DNA from: Parasitella parasitica NRRL 2501
Lineage: Eukaryota; Fungi; Mucoromycota
Reading direction: 5' to 3'
Assembly: GCA_025201805.1 (NCBI GenBank)
Contig: MU619253.1
Span: 274,002 to 338,001 of the forward strand
DNA: 64,000 bases
Positions 54,757-64,000 of this stretch are shown here, piece after piece (position 1 is the first letter of the stretch; each line of letters opens with the position of its first letter). The notes under the pieces were generated by a model. The model saw only the letters and a program-made list of their open reading frames with translations. It had not been told where the DNA came from and searched no databases. The translations under genes were made by a program, and so were the position numbers.

Positions 54757-56542
54757 GAGTGGATGTATATATAATGTTTTGGTAAAGTTGAAAGAAAATA
54801 TGTGTAAAAGAAAAGAGGAGAAAAGGCAAGACAAACAAGTGGAGGCAAAAAATTGTGATCACATCATACATGGTCGGTGTTCAGAGGGATGTCCTGACCG
54901 CTTTTTCTGTATATTTTGGGGTAAATCATGATCATCCAAATCCATTCGCTCCTCTTTTTTATTACTATTTTACCTGACTCTCTAAAGGCGGCATGTGGCG
55001 AAATCATCATCCAATATAAGAATCAAAGAATTGATTTAAAATTATCTAGAACAAGTTTCTGATGAAAACGCTGAACCAAGCAGGGGATTACTTTGAAATA
55101 CTAAGGATGCATGTTCAGGTATATCATCCCGACGTTAAGCTATCATCATAGTTTCACAAATACTCGTAATCCTCTGACTCGATGAAATTGTGTGCTGAAT
55201 GATGCCCTAACCTAATAATAATGATAGAAAGTTCAAGATATTCTGCAAAGCAAGCACTATTAAATATGATATTGATATTCAATCTACTTTGATCATCCAA
55301 ATCAAAAGTTTCAATAGACTATTCAGAAAATAAAATTAGCCATCATATAAAATGACTTCAAAGGTTACAAATGCAATTTATACATCATACTCTTTTATAA
55401 GAAAAAGAAGCTTTTATTATCCGTCTGTTATCTGTCATCTCAGTGTCTAAACTACTCACGTAGAAGTAGTTTCTAATGGCCGTTAATTGAATATAAGACG
55501 AAAATGAGCCTTCCAAATGTGAGCCAATGCGATAACAACACTACTAAAGAATAAGGCCAGCTGACTGAAGCGAATATTGGAGAAGTAAAACGAGCGAAAG
55601 ATCTAAACCCATTGGAGGCTAAATTCAAAACGGTTATACTTTTATATCACTTGATTAAATTCCTTTGAAAAGCTACATGACGCTTTGTTTTCAACATTTC
55701 GAGCGTAGATTTCAAGCTCTTTTCTTTTTCATACAATTGAATCGTAAAAAAAAAAAAAAAGGAAACTATTGGATAATGATGAAAGCTGTAGTAACTTCAT
55801 TAGCTAGAACTTTTGATTTTCTTGTATACATATTTCCATTTCTTTGACTTCAAAATCAGTTTAAACATCAGGCCCATTAGGAAAGCAATAAAGTACATCT
55901 CCCATCTCATTACTCGTCACCTATTGTGTTGTTGTTCCATGACCTTATAATTCATCGCTCTTGATGTCATCGCATTGTTCCTGACAAAGTTTCTTCTGTT
56001 TATACTCTTTGTGGTTTTGCTACTGAGGAGTTGTCTCGTTTCGTGGTGGGTTGTTCTTATAAATAAGGCTTATTGGAGTGATGTTTTATCCTCACTATCC
56101 TTGCATAATCTCTTTCCCAATGATCTGTCTATCTGGACAGCTCTTACTAAATTTTATTCTGTTGATATGGTGATCTTGGATTAGGATGTTCCGGTTTCTC
56201 TTGGTGCTGTTTATAGTCCACTTTGGGAATATCATTGGCGTGTGTCATACACATTGAGCCCTGGATTGCGCAAGTAATCAAGTTGACATTTTTTACTTTA
56301 TTTATAGTTTATTATTGAAATTTTAATAAAGATCCGCTTTACTATAAAAAAAAAAGATCACTTGTTACATTGTTTAATCGAGGAAAATCGTATTTACAAC
56401 TTTGTCAGTCGTAGATACTAAATTAACTGAATTCCCTATACTCTTTTCCAATGTATTTTTTAACACTCTATTTTTTAGTTTCTTCATTAATGATTTCTCT
56501 CTTCTTTTTCAAGATTTAAATTAGGATTCGATGCGTTGCGTG

Positions 56543-57055
56543 TGTTTAGAATAACAAAATATAGCCAGAAAAATACAATTAGAACTGAATATATTTATTT
56601 TGCTATTCCAAGATTGAATGAAGATTTAAACTAGTGTATGTTTTGAAGGTATTTATAGTTATTTGACATAGCCGCAGCAATAGGACCATGATCTAGGATG
56701 AGGGATAATTGGGTACGCCTTGAACCAATCCCTAGGAGCTTGGTGGATAAGAGTTTCCGAGTTACCAGTAAGACAAGAGCATAGATACGTATACAGGATA
56801 GAATGTTGTTCCTAGTAGCTTTGATGGAAGAACATTCATCAGGATTAAACACCGACCTCAGGAACCAAATGTCATAGGATATCACCACTTTGTACTGGGA
56901 TAAAGATTCGCCATTCAATGTTACCACTTATGTCTCTTTGCCATGTCTAAATAAAGTCATTCCATTCTACTACGCATTTCTACTCATGCTCGCTTTATGA
57001 TGTATTATACAGAGTATAATACATTACCGCTAAGATTTGATCTGTATCCTAAACG
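56543..57055. mobile_element. Solo LTR (513 bp)
   Basis: Inverted termini TGTTTAGAATA..TATCCTAAAC(G); 5-bp TSD GCGTG on both sides. Confidence 0.85.
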
Positions 57056-57771
57056 GCGTGCCTCTTTGTCTAGAAGATATATGTGAGTAATAAAACCATT
57101 AGGTCATTGTGATGTACCCTAGAGTGGGGTCTTGGAGCCTTGTTAGCGCGTATCCCCTTATTTTTTTCGTTCAACGGCATTCGTTTCCTAGTTATTGCAT
57201 CAAAACTATATATTCACTGATTACCAGTCGCTTTATTTGATCACGTTCACTCACTCTTTTGTAAAACCCAACTATCCATTCGGAAAACGAATTACAACGA
57301 AGGCCGTATAGAAATCACAGTGAATACCCAAATTTTCAGTGATTAAAAGCAAGTATATCACAAATCGTTTCTATAATCGAACTACATAGGGTATACTTTT
57401 CCTCTCTAAGATCGCTGCAATACTATTGCAACGTATATTAATTATTGGTTTATGGCAACGAGGCAAAATGATTTTAATTTCATGCTGTCAAGAACAAAAA
57501 TACTGGCTGGTTTTCTCATAGTTTGTCGCAGTAAGGGAATTATCGTCGCGCTGTTGTGAAATTGAGAGGCTATTATTTGTAAATACTAGATATAATTGAA
57601 CCAATTCATCTATTGTTTCTTATACAAATAGATCTATATAAATCAGATTGCGAGCTGCTAGCAATGGATTGTAAGAACGAAAGTCCGTATCTAATCGACT
57701 CCTAAAGCAGCTTGGTGTGTTTTATGCATCGGACTAACTTTAGCAACTAATTCAACACTTTTACCAGATTC

Positions 57772-58602
57772 TGTTTAGAGTAACTGATTTATCAGAATGA
57801 GAAATTATTCAAATAAAACGGTTGTGAATTAATCAGGTAAAGATCTCGTTTATTACATGGAAAAATGATGGTTTATATACTAGTGAATCTAAGTGGACTG
57901 ATGGGAGGATAAGATACAAGTGTGAGACATGGTGTGATTTAGAGAATGGAACGATAGATCGTATCTATTATCCATGAACATGTCATGTTGAGTTATAAAT
58001 AAGGAACATGATCCATTGGGATATGTTCCTGAATTGTGTTCAGGATTGAGTTTACTTGAGTTTGACTTCCGGTTGGGAAATTGACACATCAGTAACGAAA
58101 TATACACAGAAAAAATGCAATTAGAGCTAAATATATTTATTTAGCTATTCCAAGATTGAATGAGGATTTGAAACTAGTGTACGTTTTGAAGGTATTTATA
58201 GTTATTTGACAGTGCCGCAGCAATAAGACCATGATCTAGGATGAGGGATAATTGGGTACGCCTTGAACCAATCCCTAGGAGCTGGATGGATCAGGTTTTC
58301 CAAGTTACTAGTAAGACCAGAGCGCAAATACGTATGAAGGATAGAGTGTTGTTCATAGTAGTTTTGATGAAAGAACATTCAACAGGATTTAACACCGATT
58401 TCAGGAACCACATGTCATAGGATATCACCACTTTGTACTGGGATGAAGATCAGCCATTCAATGGCACCACTCATGTCCCTTTGCCTTGTCTAAATAAAGT
58501 CATTCCATTCTACTACACATTTCTACTCATGCTCGCTCGCTTTATGATAGATTATACAGAATATAATCTACTACCACTAAGATTTGATCTGTATCCTAAA
58601 CA
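57772..58602. mobile_element. Second LTR of the same family, interrupted near its left end
   Basis: TGTTTAGAGTAAC..TATCCTAAACA; 58097-58602 aligns with ~56556-57055; flanks are not duplicated. Confidence 0.8.
57785..58091. mobile_element. Nested solo LTR (307 bp)
   Basis: TGATTTATCAG..TTGACACATCA with 5-bp TSD GTAAC (57780-57784, 58092-58096). Confidence 0.82.
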
Positions 58603-58816
58603 TTAAGGATATGATGTTACTTGCAAATTACTTTTATCGATTAGTATCGACTAGTATTTTAGATAAGACCAAAAATTTATGTAGATGTAACAAGTATAAA
58701 TGGCAGAGATGCAAAGTTGAATCTTTAATAAAGTAATCTCAAGTTTTCGTATCTCGTTAATCCAACGTTTTATTTTATACTTTTCTTATTTTCGATCTTG
58801 CAGATCTCAACACTTA

Positions 58817-61800
58817 CACTCAAAAAAATGTGCTCAAAAAAGTAAAATTTGCGTACAAAAATGTAGCTGTAGCTTTTGTTTATTTCTCAATTTTTGTAGT
58901 ATGGACCAGTAATTTATTATTGCTTTCATTTCATATCGTTACATACAATATTGTCTTGGTTATGTAGCCTTTGGTTGACACAGGCAATGATGGAAAACAG
59001 TGCAAGATTAGCTATTACCCGATTCGATTTGAAATTGAAGCAGCCGCTGAGGTATTTGCTATATACAAGAAAAGTGCATGAGTATAATAAATTCTGTTGA
59101 CGACAATAACAAATAACCACCTACATTAATTGTGAAAAGAGATGATACGATATTATAGATAATGCTCGAAAAAAGAAGCAAGGATGTAGCCTCTTGAAAA
59201 AAAGCAGCAAGGTTTATCTTCATAACTTCTAGAATCCAGGGCAAAAATGAGCAACACACCTCTCATATTATCGTATATGTTCAGATACTGGGCACAAAAT
59301 TATACCTGTAGCATGCCTAAATAATAGAAGAAATCTAATTTTAGTGTATATTAATAAAGCAAAAGAAGCAAGCCAAAAAGTATTCAAAACTACCTCGACA
59401 TTGACACCCAAACGACGTATAATGCAAAAAAAAATTTCATACATAGCATCATCTTTAGCTATTGCCTATATTCAGCAGTAAAAGTAGTCAGTCATTTAGT
59501 TGCTACAAACAATTTAATGCACATATCAATACCATGCTCTCATATGAAATATTAAACTGAGCAGAGCTTCTATATATTATTGACAAAAGGATTAATAGTT
59601 TGTTAGAATAAACTCGAAAATATACCATGATAATAGCAATATACAAAATATGTTGCGTATCATTTCCTTATACCAAGCTGTTCCTTGGTAAAAGAGAAGC
59701 TACAATTTCTTACGATAATATAAAACTACAGTTACGTGAAGATGTTATTACTCTGTATAATGTACTTATATTTGGCACAAATGTGCTAACGTTGTATGTT
59801 TTTTAAGTTAAAATACCAGTTCATAAAGTTGTAAAAGGATAGATAAAACAAAAGAAAAAGGCCAAGGAGAGCTAACAAAGAAGCTAAAATAGTATGCATT
59901 CGGTCATCACAATATGCAATGTTTGCGCTAAGTATGTAGTAAGAACCCAATAGAAAAACACCGCTACAAGGTCATCTCAACATTTGAAAGCAAGACATGT
60001 ACAAAGAAAATATATAATTTATTCAAGTATAATGTTACTGGTGCTAGCATTATTACTACCAGCGTCTTCTTCAACATTTTGAACAACACTTTGGTTAGAA
60101 ATAGGTATTTCTTCGTCACTTTTTGCTTTCAGATGAACATTTGTATGATCGTGAGAGCATAAATAAACTTTTACTCAAAACAGATGCGATCTTTGGAATG
60201 CAATATCTCAACNNNNNNNNNNNNNNNNNNNNNNNNNNNNNNNNNNNNNNNNNNNNNNNNNNNNNNNNNNNNNNNNNNNNNNNNNNNNNNNNNNNNNNNN
60301 NNNNNNNNNNNNNNNNNNNNNNNNNNNNNNNNNNNNNNNNNNNNNNNNNNNNNNNNNNNNNNNNNNNNNNNNNNNNNNNNNNNNNNNNNNNNNNNNNNNN
60401 NNNNNNNNNNNNNNNNNNNNNNNNNNNNNNNNNNNNNNNNNNNNNNNNNNNNNNNNNNNNNNNNNNNNNNNNNNNNNNNNNNNNNNNNNNNNNNNNNNNN
60501 NNNNNNNNNNNNNNNNNNNNNNNNNNNNNNNNNNNNNNNNNNNNNNNNNNNNNNNNNNNNNNNNNNNNNNNNNNNNNNNNNNNNNNNNNNNNNNNNNNNN
60601 NNNNNNNNNNNNNNNNNNNNNNNNNNNNNNNNNNNNNNNNNNNNNNNNNNNNNNNNNNNNNNNNNNNNNNNNNNNNNNNNNNNNNNNNNNNNNNNNNNNN
60701 NNNNNNNNNNNNNNNNNNNNNNNNNNNNNNNNGTATTTATGTGCTTGTGAGAACTTAAATAATTTTGCCACAGAATGTGCGTTTATAAAAAAAAAGTTGA
60801 GATAGCTCATTTTTAATGATATAATATTATTTCTGAGACATTTCGGTTTTTTTGGTGCTTGTAGTAACATTTGCTACCAAATATTCGTTGAGATATTGCA
60901 TTCCAAAGATCGCATCTGTTTTGAGTAAAAGTTTATTTATGCTCTCACGATCATACAAATGTTCATCTGAAAGCAAAAAGTGACGAAGAAATACCTATTT
61001 CTAACCAAAGTGTTGTTCAAAATGTTGAAGAAGACGCTGGTAGTAATAATGCTAGCACCAGTAACATTATACTTGAATAAATTATATATTTTCTTTGTAC
61101 ATGTCTTGCTTTCAAATGTTGAGATGACCTTGTAGCGGTGTTTTTCTATTGGGTTCTTACTACATACTTAGCGCAAACATTGCATATTGTGATGACCGAA
61201 TGCATACTATTTTAGCTTCTTTGTAAGCTCTCCTTGGCCTTTTTCTTTAGTTTTATCTATCCTTTTACAACTTTATGAACTGGTATTTTAACTTAAAAAA
61301 CATACAACGTTAGCACATTTGTGCCAAATATAAGTACATTATACAGAGTAATAACATCTTCACGTAACTGTAGTTTTATATTATCATAAGAAATTGTAGC
61401 TTCTCTTTTACCAAGGAACAGCTTGGTATAAGGAAATGATACGCAACATATTTTGTATATTGCTATTATCATGGTATATTTTCGAGTTTATTCTAACAAA
61501 CTATTATTAATCCTTTTGTCAATAATATATAGAAGCTCTGCTCAGTTTAATATTTCATATGAGAGCATGGTATTGATATGTGCATTAAATTGTTTGTAGC
61601 AACTAAATGACTGACTACTTTTACTGCTGAATATAGGCAATAGCTAAAGATGATGCTATGTATGAAATTTTTTTTTTCGCATTATACGTCGTTTGGGTGT
61701 CAATGTCAAGGTAGTTTTGAATACTTTTTGGCTTGCTTCTTTTGCTTTATTAATATACACTAAAATTAGATTTCTTCTATTATTTAGGCATGCTACAGGT

Positions 61801-62287
61801 ATAATTTTGTGCCCAGTATCTGAACATATACGATAATATGAGAGGTGTGTTGCTCATTTTTGCCCTGGATTCTAGAAGTTATGAAGATAAACCTTGCTGC
61901 TTTTTTTCAAGAGGCTACATCCTTGCTTCTTTTTTCGAGCATTATCTATAATATCGTATCATCTCTTTTCACAATTAATGTAGGTGGTTATTTGTTATTG
62001 TCGTCAACAGAATTTATTATACTCATGCACTTTTCTTGTATATAGCAAATACCTCAGCGGCTGCTTCAATTTCAAATCGAATCGGGTAATAGCTAATCTT
62101 GCACTGTTTTCCATCATTGCCTGTGTCAACCAAAGGCTACATAACCAAGACAATATTGTATGTAACGATATGAAATGAAAGCAATAATAAATTACTGGTC
62201 CATACTACAAAAATTGAGAAATAAACAAAAGCTACACCTACATCTTTACACGCAAATTTTACTTTTTTGAGCATATTTTTTCGAGTG
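58817..62287. repeat. Large inverted repeat (~1.4-kb arms: 58817-60212 and 60887-62287) around an N gap; foldback-like
   Basis: Arms are nearly identical reverse complements (identical ORFs on opposite strands); termini TA|CACTC..GAGTG|TA. Confidence 0.85.
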
Positions 62288-62461
62288 TACGGGCACATTT
62301 TCGCTTCATGAGCACATTTTTTCAAGTCTTTTGAGCGTAATTTTATGCCTATGAAACTAGTAATCTATGTGCTCATTTAAGCATAAAAATGTGATCACTT
62401 AAGATGTTTCAATTTTTGTTCTCGCATGAGCACATTTATCGTCTTAACCAAGCTCGATAAG

Positions 62462-62890
62462 TGTGGAATATGCTTGATGTAAGGATAATATTCACAGAAA
62501 AAAAAGTATAAAAAAGCAAGATAAGTCAACTAGATAACGTATAGATTTATTATTTAGTTCAGACTGGAGAACTCTAATCATTACAGATTGATGCCCTCTT
62601 TATATAGTTTCCACTATCACATCTCAATCATTATCAATCTTCAAAGAATATTCTATCTATTCATGTAGCCTCACTATTGGATTAAGATCTTTGATCAAAA
62701 TATCAGGCTATATTATACATTGACTTGCATGTATTGTGATTTGCTAAGATTCATTTCTTATCTTATATGTTGGTTATTCTATTCTTCCGACTATGTACAC
62801 ATTTGATAATATCTATTGAGTAGTACACTCATGATTCAAATATAGCATGAACTGATGATCGATGTATGAAATATGGATATTATATCCACA
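62462..62890. mobile_element. Solo LTR (429 bp)
   Basis: TGTGGAATA..TATATCCACA with 5-bp TSD ATAAG on both sides. Confidence 0.85.
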
Positions 62891-63102
62891 ATAAGCACTT
62901 TTTTTGGCTCTAAAAAATGTTCCCGTTCATGCACATCTATATTCTTATGAGAACATCGGCGAGGCCATAGTGGTGAAAGAGTATAATAGCCTTGTGGTAT
63001 AAAGGATTTCTAATGAGTGTAACCACAGTATAATACTTTTGCATAATTGTGGAAATACGCAAGTTGGATCTCAGGCACAACGCCTCGCTTAGCCTTTACA
63101 TC

Positions 63103-64000
63103 TTAAACAAGGATGTCGAGTTGAAGGGACTTGGAGCGAAGATAAGATGAAAACTCTTTGAATGTTTGAGGATTGGAGTCCATGAACAGGCTGCGCGTGT
63201 TCAAGGATCCAATTTTGACAGCTGTTGTTGTATTCATTGAGCTCTACGGGCATTCTCTTTTGTTGTGGTTGTTCGCTTGACAGCATTCTTGTCAGGCTTG
63301 GACTCTTTAACACCAGCACCAACACCAGTAGCACCAGCACCAGCACCAACACCAATCACACCATCAGCCTTGACACCAGACACACCATTACCTTTAGCCG
63401 TGGTAGCCGATCCATGTCGTTGTATTTTGGCGTTATTGAAGGAAGCAATCCTTCGTTGAGTTCGCGAGTTGGGAGTAGTCATCTGCATCATCTCGGCTGA
63501 AGAATCCATCTTCATATGGACAGCAACGCTGTCAGAAGCATATTTCGAACTTGCAGAGCTTTGGTGATACCACACAGCAGATTCACCAGTCTTCTTAACG
63601 CCAGCAGGAAGCATAACAATGTCCTTGTCACCATCAAAATCATCCTCCTCCAACTGCTTACCTGGAACCTCCTCGCATTCCATTTGCTCCACAGAGCTAC
63701 TCGTAACCGAGTGCTCTTCTTCACCCACATCCAGAAGGTGCTCATCCTCAGAGTCGGTCATGACTGACTCCGATTCGTCAACCTCCCCCTTGCCTACCTT
63801 CTCCTTTTCAATCAAATCAGCCACCTTCTCTGCTGCTTGTCTAGCCAAAACTTACACTGTAGACTCCTCAGGCTCATGAGACACCTTCTGTTTCTTGAGG
63901 TAGTCAGCCTGCTTACCCTCAGGACAAAAACGGATCATATGACCATTCTTGTTGCACCCAAAGCACCTGTGTTTGGCTAACTCTGGACATTTAGCACGAA
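63103..64000 (-). mobile_element. Degenerate non-LTR (L1/Tx1-like LINE) retrotransposon: ORF1 3' part plus start of ORF2 APE domain
   Basis: CCHC knuckle CFGCNKNGHMIRFC (63965-63924); premature TAA at 63854; ORF1 stop at 63234; ORF2 MNTTTAVKIGSLNTRSL..YLRSKSLQLDILV* from 63237. Confidence 0.85.

Noticed and set aside
57116-57392. CCCTA..TAGGG inverted ends as a MITE
   Set aside because: The match is only about 7 bp; could be chance
56543-58602. Direct repeat pair as a single small LTR element (TRIM)
   Set aside because: The first copy is flanked by its own TSD, and the outer flanks of the pair (GCGTG vs TTAAG) do not match
58926-59259. Short hydrophobic ORFs duplicated in both arms of the inverted repeat
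   Set aside because: Non-ATG starts, short, no recognisable domain; the duplication is explained by the repeat
60123-60870. Long ORFs of 188-220 aa
   Set aside because: Artefacts of translating the N gap

Overview
Gene-dense, AT-rich fungal genomic window with many short GT-AG introns; gene content and transposon types point to a Mucorales (Mucoromycota) draft assembly with several N gaps. About 24 ordinary genes are recognisable, including a BAG-domain protein, HPP family protein, a YjbQ/UPF0047 gene missed by the ORF track, velvet factor, deoxyhypusine synthase, V-ATPase c subunit, amino-acid permease, SRPK, NAR1, DTWD1, ABD1, PEP4, GGA and casein kinase I. Two accessory zones stand out. 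(1) About 13-23 kb: three intact, intronless tandem paralogues that look like the two RRM-like domains of Mucorales LINE ORF1p with the zinc knuckles removed. They are followed by a shattered Fanzor1 (TnpB-like RNA-guided nuclease) locus that can be reassembled across a solo LTR, a second inverted LTR and a Tc1/IS630 fragment, ends in a long hairpin where an omegaRNA would lie, and is followed by an intronless F-box gene. (2) About 56-64 kb: several solo LTRs with exact 5-bp target-site duplications (one nested in another), a ~1.4-kb-arm inverted repeat around an assembly gap, and a degenerate LINE whose ORF1 stop overlaps the ORF2 start (ATGA). Family assignments come from motif recognition by eye; no database search was run.
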